Below, in pieces: positions 47,144-57,700 of a stretch of 64,000 nt of DNA. The DNA lies in assembly GCA_963668315.1 (NCBI GenBank), contig OY764216.1, positions 1,280,001-1,344,000 of the forward strand. The letters are read 5' to 3'. Position 1 is the stretch's first letter. The number at the start of each line of letters is the position of its first letter. The DNA comes from Spirochaetia bacterium. Its GTDB lineage: Bacteria > Spirochaetota > Spirochaetia > DSM-2461. The notes beneath the pieces were generated by a model. That model made no database searches, had not been told where the DNA came from, and saw nothing but the letters and a program-made list of their open reading frames with translations. Both the position numbers and the translations under genes were made by a program.

Positions 47144-49459
47144 ATGGCGGAATCAAGGGGAAGAAATATAAAGAAAAAAGAGATCATGAAGAGATGGGGA
47201 ATCTCCTATATGTCTGTCATACTGATCCCCATGCTCGTTTTTCTCTGCGTTTCCATAAGGAGCAATAATGTGATGAACTCAGAAGTGAGTCACAGCAATG
47301 AGCTTCTTATCCGGACGTTCCGCGAGAAGACCGATTTTCTCCTCAGTAACATTACTTCCCTGACCGAAAGGGTTACCGCCATCTCCTATGTGCGGGAGAT
47401 TCTCTATACGGAAGACAGGAATGAGATAGAGCCCATCGTCATTAATAATGCGATCACCGAGCTGAATCACCTGAAATCCTTTAATTCGGGGAGGGGGGAT
47501 TTCTATCTCTCCTTCCCCCGGCTGAACATCATACTGGACGGGAATACCTACAATACCCCGGAAAACTATTTCGACATCTATCAGTCGGATACGTCATTCA
47601 CCTACAGCGAGTGGAACGGGATTGTAAACAGTACGCACCGAACCTACCGGATAGCCGGGTTTAATGTCGCCTCTCCCACGGATTACCGGGAGAAAATCAT
47701 GATAGTCAGGCCCATCTCATTCATCTCAAGCCAGAACTACGCCAATCTGATACTGGTTCTGGACAGGGATCAGTTTCTCTCACTGCAGGGCATCAATGAT
47801 TCGGAGGAGGTCGTTATCAGCGACAGACTGTTCGGTCTTGTCCTCTTTGACTCCACCTCATCGGTCGGCTCCGACCAGCTCCCCGAATATGTGCTCAAGT
47901 CGGGGGATAAAAACTGGGAAGGCTCCCTCAACACGGATAAGTTGATCGTTTCCGCCATCAACTCCACCGAGAGTAATCTGAAATACGTGATACTGAAAAA
48001 TAAGAAGCAGCTTCTGGGAGAAGTGATACGGCTGCGGAATTTATATATCTTCAGTTTTCTCATAAGCCTTGTCGGAGGGTGCATGCTCGTATGGGGAATG
48101 CTGAGGAAACAGTGGGCCAATTTCGAGAGCGCCATGGATATGGTGAAGGCTCCGTCGGATAAGAAAAACTCCCATGCCAAGCCGATCATCGGCGAGTACC
48201 GCTTCTTTTCTGAAAAAATCGATGACCTCCAGGATACCAATGAGAAGATCGGCTTTCAGCTTAAGGAGAAGAATTCCACTCTGAGGGCCATGATGCTCAG
48301 GGGGCTGATCGATAACAGCGAGGACATTGAGACATACGATACGGAGGAACTGAGGCGTTACGGGATAAAATTCCAGACCGATTCCTACTTCGTCCTTCTC
48401 CTCAGTCTGGAAGGGTCGCCTAAGATCACCTGGAAGGATGCCTGGAACCGTATGGAGAAGTCCGTCCTCGATACGATGTATTCTCAGAATATAATTGTCT
48501 ATCCCTTTAGCGTGAAGGAGATGGCCGGATTTATCGTCAACCCTCCCAAATCCCCCGCGGGGACCTATCCGCTTCTTGAATCGGCCGTTTCGGAGATTAC
48601 CCGCAGGATCGAAGACGGGACGGGATGTACCGTGGACGCTTCCTGCAGCGATCTTTTCGATTCGGTGCGGGAGCTGTCGAAGGCCTATCTCCAGGCGGAA
48701 TATGTGCGGGAGTACAAGGATAAGACGAAGTGCGAAAAGATCGTCTTCTACCATGAAATGCTGGAAATCACCCAGTCTCAGCAGCTATCCTATACGGTTC
48801 AGCAGGAGCTTGCCATCATCGAGAGTCTGAGAAAAGGCGATGAAGAGACAACTCTGGCCCTGATTGATGAAGTGATAAACGCCAATTACGATCTCCATAT
48901 CTCCCCCAGGAAAATGAGGTATCTGCTGTTCAACATCGCCGGTACGATCCTCAAGGTGTACAACCAGAAATATGACTATATCTCCAGCTCCCTGGCCGAG
49001 GTCAATATGCCGTCCATCCTGCAGAGCAACGATTTCGACAAGGTATACCGGGGGATCAGGAAAACCATTTCCGATTTGTGCAATGTGATCATTCTGAATA
49101 ATCAGAAAGAATCGATCGACTCCAAATTCGAGAACAAGATTTACGAGGAAACCCTGGGATTCATCAATGAGAATTATGATGATAAGGCGCTCTGCGTCAC
49201 CAGCATAGCCGATGAGATGGATATGTCCCTGGTCCGGCTCTCTAAAATCTTCAAAAAATATCACGGCTCCTGCATATCGGACTATATAAACCACATCAGG
49301 ATCAATCATGCCAAAAGCCTTCTGTCCGATGGCGACACAATTGAGGCGGCCTCATTTTCCAGCGGATTCGGGAGCGTGCGGACATTTATGAGAGTTTTTA
49401 AAAATAAAGAGGGTATCACCCCCGGAAAATACAGGGACATCACCGTTTCTGAAAAATAG
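47144..49459 (+). CDS. Membrane-anchored AraC-family regulator (YesS-like)
   Basis: Two TM segments flank an extracytoplasmic domain; C-terminal AraC HTH (LSKIFKK...GFGSVRTFMRVFK..EGITPGKYR). Start is 47144 or 47186. Confidence 0.88.
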   Translation: MAESRGRNIKKKEIMKRWGISYMSVILIPMLVFLCVSIRSNNVMNSEVSHSNELLIRTFREKTDFLLSNITSLTERVTAISYVREILYTEDRNEIEPIVINNAITELNHLKSFNSGRGDFYLSFPRLNIILDGNTYNTPENYFDIYQSDTSFTYSEWNGIVNSTHRTYRIAGFNVASPTDYREKIMIVRPISFISSQNYANLILVLDRDQFLSLQGINDSEEVVISDRLFGLVLFDSTSSVGSDQLPEYVLKSGDKNWEGSLNTDKLIVSAINSTESNLKYVILKNKKQLLGEVIRLRNLYIFSFLISLVGGCMLVWGMLRKQWANFESAMDMVKAPSDKKNSHAKPIIGEYRFFSEKIDDLQDTNEKIGFQLKEKNSTLRAMMLRGLIDNSEDIETYDTEELRRYGIKFQTDSYFVLLLSLEGSPKITWKDAWNRMEKSVLDTMYSQNIIVYPFSVKEMAGFIVNPPKSPAGTYPLLESAVSEITRRIEDGTGCTVDASCSDLFDSVRELSKAYLQAEYVREYKDKTKCEKIVFYHEMLEITQSQQLSYTVQQELAIIESLRKGDEETTLALIDEVINANYDLHISPRKMRYLLFNIAGTILKVYNQKYDYISSSLAEVNMPSILQSNDFDKVYRGIRKTISDLCNVIILNNQKESIDSKFENKIYEETLGFINENYDDKALCVTSIADEMDMSLVRLSKIFKKYHGSCISDYINHIRINHAKSLLSDGDTIEAASFSSGFGSVRTFMRVFKNKEGITPGKYRDITVSEK

Positions 49460-49487
49460 ATTCATGGACATAATAAAGGAGAACACA

Positions 49488-50480
49488 ATGAATACGGCAA
49501 TAATCGGCTGCGGAGCCATTTCCAAAAACCATGGCCAGGCGGTCAATAATCTTGAAGGCGTCACTCTGAGGTACTGCGTTGATACGGATAAGGAGAAGGC
49601 GGACCAGTTCCACGGCAGATTCGGGGGGGAAGCCCTCGGCGGGATTGAGGAACTTCTGGAAAAGGATGATTATGAAGTTGTCCATATCTGCACCCCCCAC
49701 TGGAACCATCACGATCTTGCCATCGAATTTCTGAAGCGGGGTAAGCATGTCTTCTGCGAGAAGCCCATGGCCATCACCGCACGGGAGGCTCAGAAGGTTC
49801 TGGATGTGTCCCGGGAAACGGGGATGAAATACGGCGTCTGTTTTCAGAACCGGATGAATGCTTCCACTGTGAGGGCCAGACAGATCCTGGAGAATAGGGA
49901 GTACGGCGAGATTGTCAGCGCCATGGTTCTTGTCGCCTGGGACAGGCATGGCGATTACTACAGCAAGTCCCCCTGGCGCGGTTCCTTTGTCACCGAAGGA
50001 GGGGGATGCATCATCAACCAGGCGATTCACTCCCTCGATCTGCTGGACTATCTGACGGGGGGTGTGGAAAGCCTGACCGCCTACTGCACGAAACTCCGGG
50101 AGACCGATGATTACGAAGTGGATGACAGCAGTATGATCAACTTCCGTTTGAAGAACGGGGCCGTTGCGGTGGGATACACGACGAACTGCTATCCCATGAG
50201 CAAAATCGCCCAGGTGGAAATCCATTGCGAGAAGGGGACCCTTACGGTTCAGCAGAGCGGTCTTCAGATATTAACGGAAGGAAAAACCGAGTTCTTTGAG
50301 AATGCCGTCGCCGTGGGAGAAAAATCGGAATGGGGATTATCCCACGGACTGGTCATCGATGAGTTCTACCGGTCCATCGGGGAGAACCGGCCCTTCTTTA
50401 TTGACGGGGAGTCGGCCATCCGGGCGGTGAAAATTGTCAATGCCATCCAGAACTCCAAGGGCAACCGGATAAAAATCTGA
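49488..50480 (+). CDS. Gfo/Idh/MocA-family oxidoreductase
   Basis: AIIGCGAI, CEKPMA and GGGCIINQAIHSLD motifs; ATG after AAGGAG. Confidence 0.92.
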   Translation: MNTAIIGCGAISKNHGQAVNNLEGVTLRYCVDTDKEKADQFHGRFGGEALGGIEELLEKDDYEVVHICTPHWNHHDLAIEFLKRGKHVFCEKPMAITAREAQKVLDVSRETGMKYGVCFQNRMNASTVRARQILENREYGEIVSAMVLVAWDRHGDYYSKSPWRGSFVTEGGGCIINQAIHSLDLLDYLTGGVESLTAYCTKLRETDDYEVDDSSMINFRLKNGAVAVGYTTNCYPMSKIAQVEIHCEKGTLTVQQSGLQILTEGKTEFFENAVAVGEKSEWGLSHGLVIDEFYRSIGENRPFFIDGESAIRAVKIVNAIQNSKGNRIKI

Positions 50481-50521
50481 TTCCCCGGGAATGATGAAAA
50501 CACAGCTGCTGGGAGGTGCCT

Positions 50522-50854
50522 GTGAAATACTATGTAAACGCAGAAGATTCTGAAAGAGTAGAAGGAATGGGCCATACGAGCATTCCCCTTCTCGGAGAGG
50601 AGAACGGGTGCTCCGGCGGCTGCTGCAGCGGGATAAGCATCTATCACCTGGACGAGTATAACCCTCCCGGGAATCACTCCGATCAGGAGGGGTTCTACGT
50701 GCTCGAAGGCACCGGCTGGGTCCGTATCGGAGAGGAGGAGATCAGAATCCGGCCGGAAACGGCCTTCCTTGTCCCTCCGGGAAAGGCCCACTCCATCAGA
50801 AGGGAGAAGGAATCCGGGCCGGTGAAAGTCTTCTGGTTTCATGCGGCCTGCTGA
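50522..50854 (+). CDS. Cupin-domain protein
   Basis: HSDQEGFYVLEGTG...VPPGKAH; GTG start after GGAGG. Confidence 0.85.
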   Translation: MKYYVNAEDSERVEGMGHTSIPLLGEENGCSGGCCSGISIYHLDEYNPPGNHSDQEGFYVLEGTGWVRIGEEEIRIRPETAFLVPPGKAHSIRREKESGPVKVFWFHAAC

Positions 50855-50933
50855 CCGAGCCGGGAAGCTCCGGCCGTTTTCCGTCAGCCTGTCACTCTGA
50901 CTCATCTGTTCACCCCATGGTCGCCTGATCTTT

Positions 50934-51611
50934 TTATCCTGCATCGCGGCGGTTAAATTTTCTGGCCGCCGCGGAGGGGGATAAGACGGTGAGAAAATTC
51001 ATCATCCAGGCCTCTCTGCCTATAAAAATCTTCCTTCGCCCCCCCTCTATGCCCCTGAGGATCATTCCGGCGGCCCTTGACGGCTCTGTGCCTCCGGCGA
51101 TGACGAGGGAGACTCCCACGGCGGTTCGGGCCAGGTTTCTCCTCAGTTTTTCCGTCTCTTCCTTAAGAGTCCCGGTGGTCCCCCCCTCCAGAAAGGGAAG
51201 GAAGCCTCCCAGATCGGCCATATGGCAAATGCGGGCTTCCTTTCTTGCTTTGAGATAGGGAAGGCAGGCCTCTGTCATATTCTCCATCGGTCCGAAGCGG
51301 GTATATCCCACCGCCCGGCTCGCCGAAGAAGAGATGAATCCCGCCGAGTTGATGAGGATATCGATCCTTCCGTGGTATTCGGTGATCTCCCTCAGAAGAA
51401 GCTCTATTTTCCCTTTGTCATTGAAATCTGTTCTATGAAGGGATATATTATCCTTACGGAAATCCTCCCCGCTTCTTATCATATCCAGGGAGGTTCTGTC
51501 CGAGTCGACCGCCGCGACCTGATTCCCCCTTTCAACCAGTTCCCTGGCAAGCTCTCTTCCCATCTCATTTCCCGCCCCCGAAATGATGATCACCTTATCG
51601 ATCAGTTCCAT
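50934..51611 (-). CDS. Short-chain dehydrogenase/reductase-like protein lacking YxxxK
   Basis: KVIIISGAGNEMG and GRIDILINSAG motifs; catalytic segment missing; ATG 51611 after AAGGAG. Confidence 0.75.
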   Translation of the reverse strand: MELIDKVIIISGAGNEMGRELARELVERGNQVAAVDSDRTSLDMIRSGEDFRKDNISLHRTDFNDKGKIELLLREITEYHGRIDILINSAGFISSSASRAVGYTRFGPMENMTEACLPYLKARKEARICHMADLGGFLPFLEGGTTGTLKEETEKLRRNLARTAVGVSLVIAGGTEPSRAAGMILRGIEGGRRKIFIGREAWMMNFLTVLSPSAAARKFNRRDAG

Positions 51612-51646
51612 CAAGCTCTCCTTTGGGGGAATCATAGAAATGATTC

Positions 51647-51664
51647 GTAACAGGAAGGTAAACT
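51647..51664 (-). promoter_or_regulatory. OmpR-type direct-repeat box upstream of the SDR-like gene
   Basis: GTAACAGGAAGGTAAACT (+ strand); 16/18 identical to 59002-59019. Confidence 0.7.
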
Positions 51665-51673
51665 CTTATCAAT

Positions 51674-52717
51674 TTAATTATTTATACAGGTGAGATTAAC
51701 GGTAAAACAACTCCCTTCCCCCGGTACGCTTTCGGCCTTCACTGAGCCGCCCGAAAGATCGAGAATCCTCTTCACTATGGAGAGGCCCAGCCCCAGCCCG
51801 GCCGATTTATACACGTTTCTCCCCTTATGGAATTTGGTAAAAATCCTGGCAAGGTCCTCATCGTCTATTCCCATCCCCGTATCTCTTATGGAAAGGGAGC
51901 ACCGGTTTTTTTGTCCCTTCTGGGTTATGGTGACCGAACCGCCCTCGGGGGTGTACTTTATGGCGTTGGAGAGAAGATTGATCCAGACATGTTTCATGAG
52001 CGTCCTGTCCGCTTTCACCTCTACCGGGTAGAGATCGGCGGACAGATCTATGCGCTTCTTCATCCAGAAGGGGGAGAGGAGGATAACACACTCTCTGATC
52101 TGCTCATCAAGCAGATAAATTTCCCTGTCCGACTGGATCTCTGTTGATTCCAGTTTTGTCAGAAGCAGGGAGTTCCGGGAGAGATCCGCCAGTCGTTTCG
52201 ACTCCTCCGAAATCGTCTCTAGATATCCGATCTGTTCCTCCCGGGGGAGATCCTCCCTGAGCAGCAGGGTGGCGAAGCCGTTTATAGACATGATAGGCGT
52301 TTTGAATTCATGGGAAAAATGATTGATGAAATCTTCCCTCAGGGTTTTCGTGCTCTCCAGTTCCCGCTGCATTTTGTTGAAATTCAGAAAAATTTCCTTA
52401 TATGGACCGGCATTGGAAAGGTCCAGCTCTTTTTTGAAATTCCCCTCGCCGACTCTCTTCAGGCCATAGAGAAGGGAGGACATATACTTATAGCTTCTTC
52501 TCTGGGAAATCCAGGTCACGACACCCATGAGGGCTCCGTAGGGAATAATCATGCCCAGAGCATCGTAAAGCTGAAAGTCCGAAGTTCTCCCTTCCCGAAT
52601 GCTGATACTGTACTCAAGGAAAGCAAATACCAGCACGGAGAGGTTCGTTGTTATGAAGGAGAGTAATGAGAGACTTTTCTTTAATTCCCGATACATTCCG
52701 ACCTTGCTATTTTTCAT
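51674..52717 (-). CDS. Sensor histidine kinase (short-loop, HAMP, HisKA, HATPase)
   Basis: Two close TM segments; SHEFKTP, NLLSNAIKY, DTGMG and GLGLGL motifs. Confidence 0.93.
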   Translation of the reverse strand: MKNSKVGMYRELKKSLSLLSFITTNLSVLVFAFLEYSISIREGRTSDFQLYDALGMIIPYGALMGVVTWISQRRSYKYMSSLLYGLKRVGEGNFKKELDLSNAGPYKEIFLNFNKMQRELESTKTLREDFINHFSHEFKTPIMSINGFATLLLREDLPREEQIGYLETISEESKRLADLSRNSLLLTKLESTEIQSDREIYLLDEQIRECVILLSPFWMKKRIDLSADLYPVEVKADRTLMKHVWINLLSNAIKYTPEGGSVTITQKGQKNRCSLSIRDTGMGIDDEDLARIFTKFHKGRNVYKSAGLGLGLSIVKRILDLSGGSVKAESVPGEGSCFTVNLTCINN

Positions 52718-53384
52718 CGAGTATTTCCATCCTATAGCCGATTCCCTTAACCGCTTTCAGCGAAAGCCCGGAAAAGGGACTGATCTTTTTCCTGAGACGG
52801 CTGATCTGGGTTTTCAATGTGTTTTCGCTGCTCTCCGCCGAATAGCCCCAGACAGAATCGAACAGCTGGCTTTTCGTATAGATCCTTCCGGGATAGGACA
52901 GGAACTTGTGAAGCAAATCGAACTCTTTCCTGGGAAGAGTTACAGACTGTTCTCCCATGGATAGGGTGAGGCTCAGGCTGTCCATGGTTAAGTCCCCGTT
53001 TATCACCTGCCGGTCGCCGACCGCCTTCGAACGTTTGAGCAGGGCCTGGACCCGCCAGACGAGTTCGTCAAGTTCAAAGGGTTTCGTCAGGTAATCATCC
53101 GTCCCCAGGGAAAACCCCTGCCTCTTCAGATCAAAATCCTGATTCGCCGTAATCATCAGAATGGGAATGGTCGACCCCGATCCCCTGACTTTCCCGATAA
53201 GCCCGAAGCCGTCCATTCCGGGCATCATGATGTCGGCGATCAGAAGGTCGATCTCCCTTTCGGATATGGTTTGCCAGGCCTCTACCCCGTTGGTGGAGCA
53301 CAAAAGGATATGGCTCTTTGCGAGCTCTCTCTTCATAAGAAATCTTATGTTGTCATCATCTTCCGCTATAAGAATCGTGGCCAT
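52707..53384 (-). CDS. OmpR/PhoB-family response regulator
   Basis: AEDD, DIMMP, KPF, KEFDLL and ISRLRKK..GIGYR motifs. Confidence 0.95.
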   Translation of the reverse strand: MATILIAEDDDNIRFLMKRELAKSHILLCSTNGVEAWQTISEREIDLLIADIMMPGMDGFGLIGKVRGSGSTIPILMITANQDFDLKRQGFSLGTDDYLTKPFELDELVWRVQALLKRSKAVGDRQVINGDLTMDSLSLTLSMGEQSVTLPRKEFDLLHKFLSYPGRIYTKSQLFDSVWGYSAESSENTLKTQISRLRKKISPFSGLSLKAVKGIGYRMEILDEK

Positions 53385-53401
53385 GAGATTTCCCTTGCCG
53401 A

Positions 53402-54751
53402 TTACTTTATTATTCCGATTGATTGCTCCCAGTCAAAGGTGTAGGATAAATAATCGTACACGGCCGAAAGGTAGCCCAGTTTGGCATTATCCATGTTCAG
53501 GCGGGCGTCCTTCATTTCCAGCTGGGTGGAAAGACCGTTCTCCGCGGCTATCTCGATGATTTCATAGGCTTTCCTGGCAGTTTCCCAGGTGGCCTCGGCT
53601 AGGGTGATCCTGCTTTCCGCCTCCTCCAGCTGGAGGTACAGATTGTTTGAATCGTTCAGTATCTCATCTTCCTTCTTCAAAAGGTCAAGGCGGGCGCTCT
53701 CTTCCTCTATTTTGGCCTGCTTCACCTTCTGGAACCGGCTTCCCCCGTAGAAAACGGGGATATTCATGGTCAGTCCGACGCTGAACGCATCAATGTCGTT
53801 ACTGTCAAGAACATCGTCATTGTAGAAGTTGCGGGCGTATCCGGCCGTGGCGCTCAGGGTGGGGTAGAAGGAGGATCTCTGGGAGTCCACGCTGATCTCC
53901 TGCAGCCTGAGGGCCTGAACCTGAATCCGGTAGTCCACACTGCTTCCCAGAATCTGATCTCCGGTCATCTCATCCGGCAGGGAGGGAACCGATTCCAGTG
54001 AATCGGTCAGAAATATCTCCTCATCAGAGTCTATTCCCGCCAGCTGCTTCAGGTTGGATATTCCCAGTTTCAGGTTCCTTTCCGCCATGGACGTGTCGGG
54101 TATCGTCATCTGCCAGTTCACCTTGGCCTGCATGACCTGCAATTCGGAAAGCTGCTGATTGTCAAATTTTTTCCGGGTGTTCCGGTAATTCTCCAGGGCG
54201 TTCTGTTCGGCCGTCTTTCTCATCCCGTAGACCTCGTTCAGCAGTACTACCTGAAAATAGAGTTTCTTCGCCGCCGTCAGAATGGCAGCCCGGCTCTTTT
54301 CCAGAACGGCCTGGGAGAGTAGGGTATTTTCCCCCGCCGCCTTGACGGCGTTGAGGGCGTTTATATCGAACAGGGTCTGCTGCAGTCCCAGCTGGAAGGA
54401 GAGCTCATTGTCGTAGTTGGAGGGAACATCGGCATAATAGAAATCGTTCAATCCGTCGCCGTTTCCGTCCGCCCCGGTGGAGCCGATCGCCGCGGTCTGG
54501 GTCATTTCAAGGATATTCCTCGTGTATCCCACGCTGCCGGATACCATGGGCAGGAAGGCCGAACGGGCCAGCTTCTTCTGAACGGAAGCCATCTCCCTAT
54601 CCAGGGAGGCCTTCTGCAGGTCCTTATTGTTGGCTTCCACCAGTTTGATGTATTCATTCAGGGTTATGTCCTTTGCCGAAAGGGGCAGGAAGAGTCCCGC
54701 TCCCAGTAATATTGTTATGAAAACCGTGATTTTTCTTTTCATTTTATGCAT
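53402..54751 (-). CDS. TolC-family outer membrane efflux protein
   Basis: Signal peptide; two OEP repeats ('ARSAFLP', 'SSFYPTL', 'IPVFYGG'); operonic with RND and MFP. Start may be 54742. Confidence 0.88.
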   Translation of the reverse strand: MHKMKRKITVFITILLGAGLFLPLSAKDITLNEYIKLVEANNKDLQKASLDREMASVQKKLARSAFLPMVSGSVGYTRNILEMTQTAAIGSTGADGNGDGLNDFYYADVPSNYDNELSFQLGLQQTLFDINALNAVKAAGENTLLSQAVLEKSRAAILTAAKKLYFQVVLLNEVYGMRKTAEQNALENYRNTRKKFDNQQLSELQVMQAKVNWQMTIPDTSMAERNLKLGISNLKQLAGIDSDEEIFLTDSLESVPSLPDEMTGDQILGSSVDYRIQVQALRLQEISVDSQRSSFYPTLSATAGYARNFYNDDVLDSNDIDAFSVGLTMNIPVFYGGSRFQKVKQAKIEEESARLDLLKKEDEILNDSNNLYLQLEEAESRITLAEATWETARKAYEIIEIAAENGLSTQLEMKDARLNMDNAKLGYLSAVYDYLSYTFDWEQSIGIIK

Positions 54752-57700
54752 CCTTTTTTAATACGAGATCGGCCGAGACCGAGGGCTTTTTCTTTCTCCC
54801 CAGCATGTATTCCAGTGCGGGGATCAGGAAGAGGGAGAGGAAGGTGGCCGCGATGAGGCCGCCGGTGCTCACAAGGCCCATGGGCTGCCTCATCTCCACT
54901 CCCGTGTCGCCCAGTCCCAGAGCCATGGGGAGCATCCCGAGGATCGTGGCGATGTTGGACATGAGGATGGGCTGCAGTTTCGTCGGGCAGGCCGTGAGCA
55001 GGGCTTCCTTAACGGCCATACCCCCCTCCTGGAGCTGGTTCGTGTACTCGAGAATCAGAATGGCGTTGTTCACAACCATTCCCACCAGCATGATAATGGC
55101 CAGCATGGAGATAATGTTCATGGCAAAGCCGGTTATCAGGAAGATGGAGACCACGCCTATGAGGGAAAGGGGAACCGTGGAAAGTATCAGAAGGGGCTGG
55201 CCGAACTTTCCCAGCACCGCCGCCAGAAGCATATAGGTGAGAAGAATGGCCATGATGAAGGCAATGCCCATGCTGGCCGTAGACTCGTTCATCAGGTCGG
55301 AGACGGAACTCCACTTGAGGGTCACTTCGCCGCCGTTCAGCTCGTTGTGGAGAGCGGTGATCTGGGTGGTCACTTCGCTCTGGGCCACGCCGGCCCTGAG
55401 GGAGCCGATGATCTCCGCCGTGGGGAGCTTGTCCGTGCGGAGCAGCTTACTGACGCCGTTTTCGATCTCTATATCGGCGAAGAAAGAGAGGGGATAGACG
55501 CCGGAGGAGAGGGTGATGGGGATGTTTTCGATATCCTCGTAGCTGGAGACATCGGACCTGTCCAGCATGATTCTGACGTCATAGGCCTTGTCCCCCGATT
55601 TCAGCTCGGTCATGACCAGCCCGTCGACGGAGGCTCTTATATAGGTGGAGAGTGTCTGCACGTTCACTCCGAACTCCCTCAGCTTCTCCCGGTCCGGGTA
55701 GATATTGATCTCCGGTTTGCCCGCTTTAAGGCTGGTTTCGGCACTCCTCAGTTCCGGGAGAGCTTCCAGTCTTTCCAGATAGAGGGGGACGTACTTCTTC
55801 AGTGTTTCCGAATCTTCGGCCTGAAGGTAGAAACTGACGGAGGAGGAGTCGATTTCCTTGTCGCCCGCTACCTTTACCCGTATCCGGGCGTTGGTTATTC
55901 CCTTGAGGGACCGGTCCATCTCCTCGGTGATTTCCTGGGTGGTCTTTGTCCGGGTAGCCTTGCCTTTCAGTACAATCTGGATTTTCGCCAGGTTGGTTCC
56001 CGAGTCGAGGGCGGAAAGAGCGCCCAGGGTCGTCACAAAGCGGTCCACATCGTCGAACGTTTTCAGAATATCTTCTATCTCCGTAATCTTCTCGGCGGTC
56101 TGGTCAAGGGACGCGTCCTGGGGCAGTTCCGCCTCCACAAGGATCTTTCCGCTGTCCGAAACGGGGGTGAACTCGATAGGAACCCTGGTGAAGCCCGCCA
56201 GAGAGACGATGAAGAGGACAAAGGTCAAACCCACCAGAAGGGCGCTTCTTTTCTTGTTCTTCAGTATCGCTGTGAGAATGCTTTTATAGCCCCTTTCGAG
56301 GCACTGAAAGAAAGCTTCGATCTTCAGGGCGAATCCGTTTTTTTTGCCGATGTTTTCGGGAAGAAGCCGGGAGGCCAGCATCGGGGTGAGGGTAAAGGAT
56401 ACCAGAAGGGAAAACACGGTGGATATAACGACGGTGAGGGCGAAGTCCTTGAGGTACATCCCGGCGATGCCGCCCATGGTTCCCAGGGGAAGAAAAACGC
56501 ACACATTGGTCAGGGTCGAGGCGAACACTGCCACGGCCACTTCCTTGGCGCCGATGGAGGCGGCCTTGGCGGGAGAGTTTCCCAGCGACTTGTGGCGGAA
56601 AATATTCTCCAGGACGACCACGGAGTTCATGACGAGAACGCCCACGGAGGTGGATATTCCCATGAGGGACATTTCGTTCATGGAGATGCCCAGAAGATTC
56701 AGGATAATGAACGTGGGAATGATGGAGAGAGGCATGGAGAGGGCCGCGATAATCGTCGAGCGGATGTCATGGAGAAAGAAGAGAAGAACGAGGGATGTGA
56801 AGAGTATTCCCAGAAGGATACTCGACTGGGTATCTTTCACCGTGTCTTCCACGAGGACGGAATCGTCGCTCACTATAGAAAGCTCCGATCCGTGGGGGAG
56901 AGCTTTGTTGATTGAGGCCAGCTCTTTCTTCAGTTCCTTGGCTATCTCCACAGAGTTGCCGTCGGAGGATTTTACGATGCTCAGGAGCACGCAGTTGGCG
57001 TCTCCCAGGCTTTCGTCGCCGCTGTAGTAGGTGATTCTTTTCTTGCCGTCCGCCGGGGACATCTCTACCGAAGCCAGCTGGTTCAACTTATAGTAACCGT
57101 AGTTTGTGGGAATCTCCTGGTTGGCTATTTCTTCCATATTCCGGAACTCCCCCTTGAAATTGACCGAGTACTCCTGGTTCTCGTTCTTGAAGCTGCCCCC
57201 CGGCAGGGAGTGGTTTTCCCCGTCCAGGATTCCGCCGATCTGCAGGAGGTTGAGGTGGTACTCGTAGACCCTGTCGTCGTTGAAGATAATGCGGATCTCC
57301 TCGTCCTGACCCCCTTCAATATCGACGTTTCCGATTCCGGGGATGCGGGACAGTTTGTCCTTGACCGTTGTATTGGCTATGCCATAGAGCTCGGCCGGGT
57401 CCCTATTCCCCTGAAGAACAAGGGTCATGACGGCCGTGGCGGTCAGGTCCATTTTGGAAATGACCGGTGTGTCCGCATCATCGGGAAGGTCGTTCAGAAT
57501 GGCGTCCACCTTCTCCTTGACCTCCTGGCTGGCCGTATCGGCATCCTTGTCCAGGGCGAATTCCAGGGTGATCAGGGATACGCTGTCCATGCTGTAGGAC
57601 ATAATGGACTCCAGTCCGCCTATGGAACTGATCTCATCTTCGATCTTGGTGGTAATCTGCGACTCAATCTGATCGGGGGTGGCCCCGCCGTAGATTGTCT

